DNA of 64,000 nt from Gemmatimonas phototrophica (lineage in GTDB: Bacteria > Latescibacterota > UBA2968 > UBA8231), in contig CAMAVQ010000009.1 of the NCBI GenBank assembly GCA_945861755.1, positions 455 through 64,454 on the forward strand, read 5' to 3'. A program made the translations under genes and the position numbers. The first letter of the stretch is position 1. Each line of letters begins with the position of its first letter. The notes beneath the pieces were generated by a model that was not told where the DNA came from, made no database searches, and saw only the letters and a list, made by a program, of their open reading frames with translations. Shown piece by piece: positions 18,793 to 27,037 of this stretch.

Positions 18793-20066
18793 AGGTGCAT
18801 CTCGACTACGGCCGCCAGGGCCTGGAAGTAGAAGTGCCTGACCGCGCCCAGGTGTTGCACATGGCCGGTACCCCCGGCCTGGAGAACCTGGAGGCACAGA
18901 TTGCAGAAGTCCTGCGCCATCCTATTGGCACCCCGGCCCTGAGCCAGCTGGCCAAGGGGCGGCGCGATGCCTGCGTGGTGATCGCCGACATCACCCGTCC
19001 GGTGCCCAATTCCGTCATCCTCCCCCCGATCCTGCGCACCCTGGAGGAAGCCGGCATCCCCCGCGAGCGTATCACCATCCTGGTAGGCACGGGTCTGCAC
19101 CGGCCCAACGAGGGGGAGGAGTTGGTGGCCCTGGTGGGGGCACAAATCGCTGCCCAGTACCGCATCCTCAACCATCGGGCGCGGGATCGGGAGACCCTGG
19201 TCCATATCGGGGAGACTTCCTGTGGAGCGCCCATCTGGATCGACAAGGTCTATATAGAAGCTGACCTCAAGATCGCCACTTCGCTGATCGAACCCCACCT
19301 GATGGCCGGATTCTCGGGCGGGCGCAAGGCCATCTGCCCTGGACTGATGGGGGTGGACACCATGCGGGTGTTGCACGGCCCGCGCCTGATGGGGGACCCG
19401 CGCTCGGCCGAGGGCATCATCGAGGGCAACCCCTTCCACCGCCAGGCCCTCGAAGTGGCCCAGAAGGCGGGGGTGGATTTCACCTTTAATGTCTCGATGA
19501 ACGCCCAACGTCAGGTGACCGGCCTCTTTGGCGGTGACCTCGAAAAAGCCCACGCCGAAGGGGTGGGCTTTGTGGAGCGGCAGGCCCTGGCCCAGGTGGC
19601 GAGGCCGGTTCCTATTGTGGTGACCAGCAGTGCCGGCCACCCGCTGGACCTGACCCTGTATCAGGCAGTCAAGGGGCTGACCGCCGCGCTGCCCATCGTC
19701 GAAGAAGGGGGCACCATCCTGATCGCCGCCCGCTGCCAGGAGGGGATCGGCGGTCCCGAGTTTACTGAATTGCTGCTGAACACGCCCAGCGCCGCCGCCT
19801 TTCTCGAAAAGCTGGAGGACCCGGACTTCTTCGCCATCGACCAATGGCAGTTGCAGGAACTGTGCAAGGTGTTGAAGAAGGCCAGAGTGATGCTTTTCTC
19901 CGAGGGCATGGCCCCAGGGCATCGCGGCCGGCTGCTGATGGACCTGGTGCCTTCGGTGGAAGCTGGCCTTCAGCAGGCACTAGACCGCCATGGGGCCGAT
20001 GCGCCCCTGGTGGTGGTGCCCAAGGGACCCTATGTGCTCACCCGAGTGGGCGGAGGCGGCAGATGA
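18789..20066 (+). CDS. larA: Nickel-pincer-dependent lactate racemase family (LarA) protein
   Basis: 'DITRPVP', 'GTGLHR', 'IEPHLMAGFSGGRKAICPG', 'LYQAVKG'; ATGA overlap with galU stop; substrate uncertain. Confidence 0.85.
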   Translation: MKVHLDYGRQGLEVEVPDRAQVLHMAGTPGLENLEAQIAEVLRHPIGTPALSQLAKGRRDACVVIADITRPVPNSVILPPILRTLEEAGIPRERITILVGTGLHRPNEGEELVALVGAQIAAQYRILNHRARDRETLVHIGETSCGAPIWIDKVYIEADLKIATSLIEPHLMAGFSGGRKAICPGLMGVDTMRVLHGPRLMGDPRSAEGIIEGNPFHRQALEVAQKAGVDFTFNVSMNAQRQVTGLFGGDLEKAHAEGVGFVERQALAQVARPVPIVVTSSAGHPLDLTLYQAVKGLTAALPIVEEGGTILIAARCQEGIGGPEFTELLLNTPSAAAFLEKLEDPDFFAIDQWQLQELCKVLKKARVMLFSEGMAPGHRGRLLMDLVPSVEAGLQQALDRHGADAPLVVVPKGPYVLTRVGGGGR

Positions 20067-21157
20067 AGGTCTGGTTGGGAGGGGTGCTGATCCTGCTGGC
20101 CGGTTGCGCCAGTGTGCAGAATGGCACCAAGATGCTGCCGGTGATGGGTTTTGCCGATTCGCAGGCCGCCAAGGCCGCCGTGCCTGCCGACACGCAGGCG
20201 GCCCTGCCTGCTCCTGCTGCCCCTGCTGCTGAGATCCAGGCTGCAACGGCAGGCGCCGCCTCGGCGGTCCAGGCTGCGCCGGACAGCGCCAGCGCCCTGG
20301 CCCAGAAGGTGCTGCTGCTGCCTTTCAAGGATCTGTCCAAATATCGGGGTCCTTGGGACATCTGCGCCGAACTGCCCCGCAGCCTGGGCGACTCGTTGGC
20401 GCGCAATCCCTATATCGTGCCCACCCGGCCCGACTCGGTTTTCATGGCCGGTTTGACGGTCAAGGAGCGCAAGGGGCAGATCGATTGGGACCGGGCGCTG
20501 GAGCTGGGGCGTCAGGCTGGGGTGGACCTGGTGGTGATGGGCGAGATCGAGGATCTGAGCATGAAACGCTTCCGCGCCACCGTGCCCATCGGCGGGTACC
20601 GCAGCTATCAGGGGGTGGTGATCATCAAACTCAAGGTGCTCAAGGTGGTCGACGGCCGGCCGGCTGGCGAGCCGCGCCAGGAAGTGGTCAACGACAGCAA
20701 ACGCTACGGAATCACCAATCCGGCGGCCAACGTGCCCCTGGACCGCGAGTATTTCTTTCTGGGGGAGACGCCCTGGGGCACGGAGGATTTCCACCAGACC
20801 CTGGTGGGCGGGGCCGTGGACCAGTGCCTGGGCAAGCTGAGCGCCGACCTGGCCGGCCTGGTGCGCCCTCCCTCCCTGCCTTCGGTTTCGGCGCCAAAAA
20901 TAATAGATATCGACGGGCTGCAAGTGTATATTAATATCGGATTGGCCGACAGCGTGCGGAATGGCGACAAGTTTGGCGTCTGGGATCACGGACGCGAGCT
21001 GCGCGATCCGCAGACCAACACCGTGCTCGGCTTCGCCCTGTCGCGCCGGGTGGGGGTGGTGCAGATTGAGCAGGTGCTCAACGAACACCTATCCATGGGA
21101 CGGGTGCTAGAAGCCCAGGCCCAAATCGAGAAAGAGTTCACCGTTCGCGCCGAATAG
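20063..21157 (+). CDS. Lipoprotein, CsgG/FlgT-like, with Ala/Pro-rich linker
   Basis: Lipobox 'LLAGC'; 'ELGRQAGVDLVVMGEI'; FlgT-C-like 'VYINIGLADSVRNGDKFGV...LRDPQTNTVLG'. Confidence 0.65.
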   Translation: MKVWLGGVLILLAGCASVQNGTKMLPVMGFADSQAAKAAVPADTQAALPAPAAPAAEIQAATAGAASAVQAAPDSASALAQKVLLLPFKDLSKYRGPWDICAELPRSLGDSLARNPYIVPTRPDSVFMAGLTVKERKGQIDWDRALELGRQAGVDLVVMGEIEDLSMKRFRATVPIGGYRSYQGVVIIKLKVLKVVDGRPAGEPRQEVVNDSKRYGITNPAANVPLDREYFFLGETPWGTEDFHQTLVGGAVDQCLGKLSADLAGLVRPPSLPSVSAPKIIDIDGLQVYINIGLADSVRNGDKFGVWDHGRELRDPQTNTVLGFALSRRVGVVQIEQVLNEHLSMGRVLEAQAQIEKEFTVRAE

Positions 21158-21183
21158 GGCGGCAACAGCGAGGTCAGTTCTCC

Positions 21184-21666
21184 ATGAAAAAGCGCTCGGT
21201 ACTGGTGTTCTGCCTGATCAGTGCCCTGGCCTCCGTGGCCGGGGCCCAGCCGACCCAGCTTTTCTACGTGTTCTCCGCTGAGGACGCCGCCCAGCGCCTG
21301 GGGGCCCGCCACCTCGACCAGTGGAACGAGGATCACGGCCGGCCCCTGCGTCTAATAGGGCTGCTGCAGCACCAGGGCGATCTAGCGGTTATGGAGCAGT
21401 TGCGCCTCCAAGACGGGATTTCTTTCCAGCTCATGTGCGCCACTGCGGCCCGGCAAAATCCGGGGTTGCCCCCCGAACTGTCCGGCCATCTCGACAGCCC
21501 GGCCGGCTTTGTGCTGCTGGTCGATGCCAATGGCCGCGCTGCGGCCTCGGGTGCCGGTGCCCAGTTGAACCAGGTGCTGGACCAGGCCGCCCTGTTGCTG
21601 GGGGGCCTGGCTGCTACTGAGGTAGACGAGAGCACCTGGGGCAAGGTCAAGGAGATCTTCAAATAA
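21184..21666 (+). CDS. Small secreted protein with C-terminal TWGxVK motif
   Basis: Signal peptide; ends 'ATEVDESTWGKVKEIFK'. Confidence 0.75.
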   Translation: MKKRSVLVFCLISALASVAGAQPTQLFYVFSAEDAAQRLGARHLDQWNEDHGRPLRLIGLLQHQGDLAVMEQLRLQDGISFQLMCATAARQNPGLPPELSGHLDSPAGFVLLVDANGRAAASGAGAQLNQVLDQAALLLGGLAATEVDESTWGKVKEIFK

Positions 21667-21697
21667 CCCTTTCCACCAGCACAGGACCGCGATAACC

Positions 21698-21720
21698 AGG
21701 GGGCTTCGGCCCCCTTTTCT
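21698..21720 (+). terminator. Intrinsic terminator (cUUCGg loop)
   Basis: AGGGGGC-TTCG-GCCCCCT-TTTCT. Confidence 0.7.
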
Positions 21721-22431
21721 ATGTCTGAGGAATCCCCCAACCCCCATAGCGCAGCCACGCCGAGGCCGGTGGAGTTTGCGCTGCGCCGCCGCAACTGGGC
21801 GGCCTTGGCGGCCCGCACCCTGGCCGGCTGGGCATTGGGCTACCACCGCCTGGTGGTGAGCGGGGCCGAACATCTGCCCCGCCAAGGGACGGCCCTGATC
21901 CTGCCCAAACACTGCGCCTACCGCGATATCCTGGTCGAGGGGATCGTGCTGCACCGCTGCACCGGGCGCTTTGCCACCTACGTGATGAAAGTGGGACTCT
22001 GGGGGGTGCTCGAAGCCCTGGGCGGGGTCAAGGTTGTCCGGCCCAAGGACGTGCGCCGGCTCAAGGATCACCAGGCCCGCCGCGACCAGATCCGCCAGGC
22101 CCGCGAACTCAACAAGGAGACCCTCGATTACCTGGCTTGGCTGTACGCGCGGGGCGAACTGGTTCTCTCCCATCCCGAAGGCATGCGTTTCCAGCGGGGC
22201 ATGGGACCCCTGCAGAAGGAGATCATCGACCACTTGTTACAAGTGGAGCGCGAACGCGGCCTGCGGGTGCCCCTTATTCCCATCGGCTTGCAGTACGAAA
22301 GTTTTGCCCGGCCTGGGGCGCGGGTCTTCGTGCGCATCGACGCCCCCATGTACACCGACCAGTTCGCCGACCGCCAGGCACTGATGGCCGCCCTCGACCA
22401 GCGCCTGCGCCAGTTGAGCGGCTGGGCCTGA
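21721..22431 (+). CDS. Lysophospholipid acyltransferase (PlsC family)
   Basis: HX4D 'KHCAYRD', 'HPEGMR', 'VPLIPIGL'; start uncertain. Confidence 0.8.
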   Translation: MSEESPNPHSAATPRPVEFALRRRNWAALAARTLAGWALGYHRLVVSGAEHLPRQGTALILPKHCAYRDILVEGIVLHRCTGRFATYVMKVGLWGVLEALGGVKVVRPKDVRRLKDHQARRDQIRQARELNKETLDYLAWLYARGELVLSHPEGMRFQRGMGPLQKEIIDHLLQVERERGLRVPLIPIGLQYESFARPGARVFVRIDAPMYTDQFADRQALMAALDQRLRQLSGWA

Positions 22432-22441
22432 TCGTTTTTTG

Positions 22442-24010
22442 ATGCGCGTGCTGTTGAAAGTGTGGAAGGCAGATCCCTGGCTGTGGGGTATCCTGCTCCT
22501 GGGGCTGGCCCTGCGCCTGATCGAGCTGCAGGCCCCCTTGATCGACGGCCAGGCCTGGCGCCAGGCCGACAGCGGGGCCATTGCCCGCAATTTCTATTGG
22601 GAAGGCTACCACCTTTTTTATCCGCAGGTGGACTGGCGAGGGGCCACGCCCGGGTACGTGGAGATGAACTTCCCGCTCTACTCCTTTCTGGTCGCCTGCC
22701 TCTACGGCTTGCTGGGGGGAGTACACGAATGGGCGGGGCGGCTGCTCTCGGCGCTTTTTTCCACGGCCAGCGCTGCCCTGCTCTTCCTACTTGTTCGGGA
22801 ACTGGGCGGTACACGTCAGAACGGCCGGCTGGCCGCCCTCTTCTTTCTGCTCTTTCCGCTCAATATTTTCTATGGCCGGGCCTTCATGCCCGAGCCGCTG
22901 ATGCTCTTGCTCAGCATCGGGGCGCTGCTGGCTTTTGCGCGTTGGACCCGGACGGAAGGGCGCACGGACTTTGCCCTGGCCGTGTTGGCAGGGGCGCTGT
23001 GTTTCATGGTCAAGATCCCCACCCTGTACCTGGGATTCCCGCTGGTGGCCCTGGCCTGGGCCCGCTGGGGTTGGGCCTTGCTGCGCCGCCCGGCCCTGTG
23101 GGGGTATCTGACCCTGGCGCTGGTCCCGCCGGCAGCCTGGTATTGGCATGCCCACCAACTTTTTCTGCAAACGGGACTGACTTTTGGGATTTGGGGCAGC
23201 CAGGGATATGACAAGTGGGCTCAAGGTCTGCTGGCCGACAGCGATTTCTACTTGGTGCTGCTGCGCCGCTTAGGCCACCAGACCTTCACACCGGTTGGGG
23301 TGCTTCTGATCCTGGCGGGGGTGCGGCCGGTTTGGGGCGCGCGCCGGGAATGGGTCCTCTGGGCCTGGGGTGGCGGGCTATTGCTCTACCTGGTGTTGAT
23401 CCCCGAGGGCAACTACCGCCTCGTCTACTATCAGATGCCTTTTGTGCCCTTGGGCGCGGTGTTGGCCGCACGGGGGCTGGCGCCTCTGCTGGAAGGAAGC
23501 CGGCCCCGCCCGGTGCTGGCGGGGATGGCAGTGCTGCTCTTAGCCGGGTACAGCGCCTGGGTGGCCCCTGGCCTGTACCGGCCGGCCAACAATGTGTACC
23601 GCTACTACCAGGCCTGCCATGAGACCGGGCAGTTCATCGACCAGAAGTTGCCGTCCACCGCCCTGCTGGTAGTGGGGGAGGTAGACGAAAATGCCGCCGC
23701 TCCGCACCGGGCCCAGAGTCCCACCATGCTCTACTACTGCCGGCGCAAGGGTTGGCAGATCACCCCAAGCGAATTTTCGGGGGCCACCCTGGACAGCCTG
23801 GCCGCCCATGGGGCGGATTTCCTGGTGGTGGCCGGCGGTTTTGCCCTCCAGAACCGGCCCTTCTGGGCAGAGTTGCTGCGGCGGGGGGTGAGTTTCCCCG
23901 GCGCCTACCCCCGCGCCTGGCACGACGAGCGGGAGTATCGGCGCATGCTGGCCGGATACCAGGGTCCAGACCGCGACTTTGTACTGGTGAGACTGGCACC
24001 GGCCGAATAG
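22442..24010 (+). CDS. GT-C glycosyltransferase (ArnT/PMT, family 39/83-like)
   Basis: Multiple TM segments; 'WRQADS..IARNF', 'EMNFPLY', 'GRLLSALF', 'FMPEPL'. Confidence 0.82.
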   Translation: MRVLLKVWKADPWLWGILLLGLALRLIELQAPLIDGQAWRQADSGAIARNFYWEGYHLFYPQVDWRGATPGYVEMNFPLYSFLVACLYGLLGGVHEWAGRLLSALFSTASAALLFLLVRELGGTRQNGRLAALFFLLFPLNIFYGRAFMPEPLMLLLSIGALLAFARWTRTEGRTDFALAVLAGALCFMVKIPTLYLGFPLVALAWARWGWALLRRPALWGYLTLALVPPAAWYWHAHQLFLQTGLTFGIWGSQGYDKWAQGLLADSDFYLVLLRRLGHQTFTPVGVLLILAGVRPVWGARREWVLWAWGGGLLLYLVLIPEGNYRLVYYQMPFVPLGAVLAARGLAPLLEGSRPRPVLAGMAVLLLAGYSAWVAPGLYRPANNVYRYYQACHETGQFIDQKLPSTALLVVGEVDENAAAPHRAQSPTMLYYCRRKGWQITPSEFSGATLDSLAAHGADFLVVAGGFALQNRPFWAELLRRGVSFPGAYPRAWHDEREYRRMLAGYQGPDRDFVLVRLAPAE

Positions 24011-24011
24011 A

Positions 24012-24040
24012 TTGACAGCACGGAACTATTATTGTATAAC
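24012..24040 (+). promoter_or_regulatory. Sigma70-type promoter
   Basis: TTGACA-17 bp-TATAAC. Confidence 0.7.
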
Positions 24041-24146
24041 AGTTTAAAGCAGGTTAGGTTGAGCGTATGCGGCACAAGTCGTTGCGCTGTCTTTTCGCAT
24101 TTGGCACAGAGCGGGTTAGGCCCGCTGTGGAAAGGAGAGTTTTCCG

Positions 24147-24836
24147 GTGCGCGGGAGCAGACTGTTTTGGTGTTTGGCGGGTTGGACCATCGCCTGGACG
24201 CTGACCTCCGGATGTGCGACCACGGGCGGCAGCCAGTACCTGCCCCCGCCCATCCCCGAGGGCAAGGGCCGGCTCATCCTCGATGCCGGCGGCATCAACC
24301 AGCTCAATTTCTATGTGCTCGATCAGGAGACCGAGGAGACAGTCTACGAGGCCACCCCGCGGATGGCGGGCAGTTCGCCGGGCGCCTACGAGAGCGGCAG
24401 CCAGGAATTCGGGCTCTCGGTGGATCTGACGCCGGGGATCTATACGGTGGTAGTCAACACCGACATCAAGAAGAATGTGGAACTGAAGGGGGTGGAGGTG
24501 AAGATGGGGCAGGAGGTGTACCAGCACGTTCCTGTAGGCCGCTTCCAGATTATCTTTTCGGGTGGTGATCAGTTCGGCGGGCAGATGCCCTTCCTGATCA
24601 TGGACTACAACATGCGCACGGTCCTGGGCCGGGGCATGACCTCGACCGAGGTCAAGCACTTCATCGTTCCCGAAAATGTGTACAAGATCAGGATGGAGAA
24701 TTCGCAGGCAGGTCTAGACGAGATCCGGCCGGTAGAGGTGGTCTTTGGCCGCATCACCCCCCTGAACCTGGCGATCGGAACCTCGCAGCCCGACCAACCT
24801 GGCTCGGGTTCGGACCAGAGCGGCGGGCAGCAATAA
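24147..24836 (+). CDS. Hypothetical lipoprotein with two tandem beta-sandwich-like repeats
   Basis: AGGAG RBS, GTG start, lipobox 'LTSGC'; repeats 'GRLIL..LTPGIYTV..VEVKMG' / 'GRFQI..VPENVYKI..VEVVFG'. Confidence 0.75.
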   Translation: MRGSRLFWCLAGWTIAWTLTSGCATTGGSQYLPPPIPEGKGRLILDAGGINQLNFYVLDQETEETVYEATPRMAGSSPGAYESGSQEFGLSVDLTPGIYTVVVNTDIKKNVELKGVEVKMGQEVYQHVPVGRFQIIFSGGDQFGGQMPFLIMDYNMRTVLGRGMTSTEVKHFIVPENVYKIRMENSQAGLDEIRPVEVVFGRITPLNLAIGTSQPDQPGSGSDQSGGQQ

Positions 24837-24850
24837 CCGAGGGGGTCTCT

Positions 24851-25726
24851 ATGGTTAAGCGGGTCTTACATATCGGAATACTGTTGTCAGCTCTATGTAC
24901 ACCAATGGCTTGGGGAGAAAATGTTCCTTTGCGCGCCACGGTCGTCGACCGGATGGGCAATCAGCATCAGGTGAGCAAGCTGAGTTATCACGGCCGTCCC
25001 GAGCTGGAGTATTTTATCGATGACCAGCCGCACACGGCCCAACTGGCCGATATCGCCCGTTTCCGGCTGGACGGGGAGCGCGAAGACGAGGAACAGCAGA
25101 TTTCCATAACTTGGCGCAATGGCGGCACGGAAACCGGCAGGATTTTCACCGGAGGGTCGGGGATCTCCCCCAGCCAGGATGCCCTGGGCAGTGGCCAGAT
25201 TTCCAACCGCCTGAGCGGGGTGACCGACCTGGGTCCCTTTTTCATCCTGCTCAGCGATGTGACTGAAGTGATTCTCTCCCATGCCGATTCTCTCGCCCCG
25301 ACCAAGGTGCCCAAGCTCAAGGTGACGGTGATCGACTTGGAGGGCCGGCGCTTCGAGGTCAACAAGCTGCGCTACCGCGGCCAGCTCCGCCTGGACTTTT
25401 CCCAGGGTCGCAAGCAGCGCTCAATCGACCTGGCCAAACTTGCCAAGATCGAATTCGCCGAAGAGCGGGATCCGGGCACCGAGTTCCGGTCCATTACCCT
25501 CACGTTCTGGTCCGGGAAAACCATGCAGGGGAACGTGGACGCCAGCACAGTGCGCCTGGGCGGGGAAACCGATCGGATCTACCAGTTGCGGGTCGGGGCC
25601 GCTTTTACCGGAGAACTCGCCGAGGGGCCTTTTGCCATCGGCCTGCAAGATCTCAAGCTGATGCGGTTCTACCCAGAAGAGGAGGGAGGGGCGGAAGTCC
25701 CCGCTAGGCCTGCAAATACTCGGTAA
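24851..25726 (+). CDS. Hypothetical secreted protein with internal duplication
   Basis: Signal peptide, GAGG RBS; two homologous halves. Confidence 0.75.
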   Translation: MVKRVLHIGILLSALCTPMAWGENVPLRATVVDRMGNQHQVSKLSYHGRPELEYFIDDQPHTAQLADIARFRLDGEREDEEQQISITWRNGGTETGRIFTGGSGISPSQDALGSGQISNRLSGVTDLGPFFILLSDVTEVILSHADSLAPTKVPKLKVTVIDLEGRRFEVNKLRYRGQLRLDFSQGRKQRSIDLAKLAKIEFAEERDPGTEFRSITLTFWSGKTMQGNVDASTVRLGGETDRIYQLRVGAAFTGELAEGPFAIGLQDLKLMRFYPEEEGGAEVPARPANTR

Positions 25727-25744
25727 GCGGAAGTAATATTTTTC

Positions 25745-25773
25745 TTGACACTTTGCGCTCTTTGTTTTAACAT
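25745..25773 (+). promoter_or_regulatory. Sigma70-type promoter upstream of surface-protein locus 1
   Basis: TTGACA-17 bp-TAACAT in AT-rich DNA. Confidence 0.65.
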
Positions 25774-25982
25774 CTTCCAATAAATATTATACATACGAGG
25801 GTATTAGATAGAGGTCGCAATGCCCGAGGCGGCCTCTAATTTTTGAACGTTTTGCCAAAACCTCGCAGTGCGTGAAAGGAGGTGATGCGGGCGTTGTTGT
25901 TCTGGATTAACGCAGCGAAATTGCAGGCCATCTGGAGGGTCCCAGATGGAGTCTTACTTCAACCCTATTAGGAGGAAATGCA

Positions 25983-26876
25983 ATGAAGCGTACCCTTCTC
26001 ACCATGGCCATGGCTCTTGGCTTGGCCTCGGGCGCCAGCGCCCATATCGGCGACAAGATCTATCTGATCTTCGAGATTCCCGATGCGGATCGTGCGAGCA
26101 TCGATCTGAAGGATGGCAGCGTCGCCGATTGGGAAGACGTGGTCGGTGATCCTTCGCTGGTCGCCACCGATTTCTACGCCGATCCGACCGTGGGCGAGGG
26201 CGCCCAGTACGATCCGGCCGACTTGGACTACCGCATCTGGCTGGGCTGGAACTCGACCGACAGCATCCTGTACCTGGCCCAGGAGCGGGTGGACAACGTG
26301 TACATCAACACCTACCCAGGCGGCAACGTGGGCGATCTGTGGAGCTATGACTCCGTCGAGTTCATGTTGGACGGCGACCACACCGGTGGCGACTATACCG
26401 GCTCTGCCGATGTCAACTGGACTGCCGATGAGCAGAAGCTCAACAACAACCGCACTGCCCAGCAGTACCTGGGCATTGCCACTTCCCCAGATGGCAAGAC
26501 GGTCGGTTACCTGGGCGCCGGCGCCGGTTGGGTCAATGAACTGCCTTATGCCGACGGCGGTGGCGGTGCCACCGGCGAAGGCCCGACCACCACGGTTATG
26601 GAGCTCTACGTCACACCCTTCGACGACCTGATCTGGAACAGCCCCGGCGACAGCAAGCCTTCCGCTTTGGCTTCCGGCAAGATCATCGGTTTCCAGCTCT
26701 CGATCCCCGACTTCGACACTGCTCCTCAGGCATACCGTGCCTTCCACACCCTCACCGGTCAGGCCGCTACTTGGCGTTATGCTGAGCGCTTTGCGGACGG
26801 TCGTTTGATCGGCTCCGGTGTCACTGCCGTGGAGAGTGAGACCTGGGGTCGCGTCAAGGCTTCCTTCGACAAATAA
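25983..26876 (+). CDS. Secreted CBM9/DOMON-like protein with C-terminal TWGxVK motif
   Basis: AGGAGG RBS, signal peptide; 'IDLKDGSVADW', 'WLGWN...LYLA', 'DSVEFMLDGDH'; ends 'TAVESETWGRVKASFDK'. Confidence 0.75.
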   Translation: MKRTLLTMAMALGLASGASAHIGDKIYLIFEIPDADRASIDLKDGSVADWEDVVGDPSLVATDFYADPTVGEGAQYDPADLDYRIWLGWNSTDSILYLAQERVDNVYINTYPGGNVGDLWSYDSVEFMLDGDHTGGDYTGSADVNWTADEQKLNNNRTAQQYLGIATSPDGKTVGYLGAGAGWVNELPYADGGGGATGEGPTTTVMELYVTPFDDLIWNSPGDSKPSALASGKIIGFQLSIPDFDTAPQAYRAFHTLTGQAATWRYAERFADGRLIGSGVTAVESETWGRVKASFDK

Positions 26877-26908
26877 GCACCGCTTCAGTAGCTAGTACCT
26901 CAGCACGA

Positions 26909-26946
26909 GGGAGAGGGGGAGGAGCCATCCTCCCTCTCTCCTGTTT
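26909..26946 (+). terminator. Hairpin/terminator after the TWGxVK protein gene
   Basis: GGAGAGGGGGAGGA-gcca-TCCTCCCTCTCTCC then TGTTT. Confidence 0.5.
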
Positions 26947-27037
26947 CTCCCAACTGCCTGAGCACCTTTTCTCCTCACTGCGCCTTAACACCTTTATTCA
27001 CAAGTGGGTGGGGACCGATTAGCCGGGGAGTGATTCC

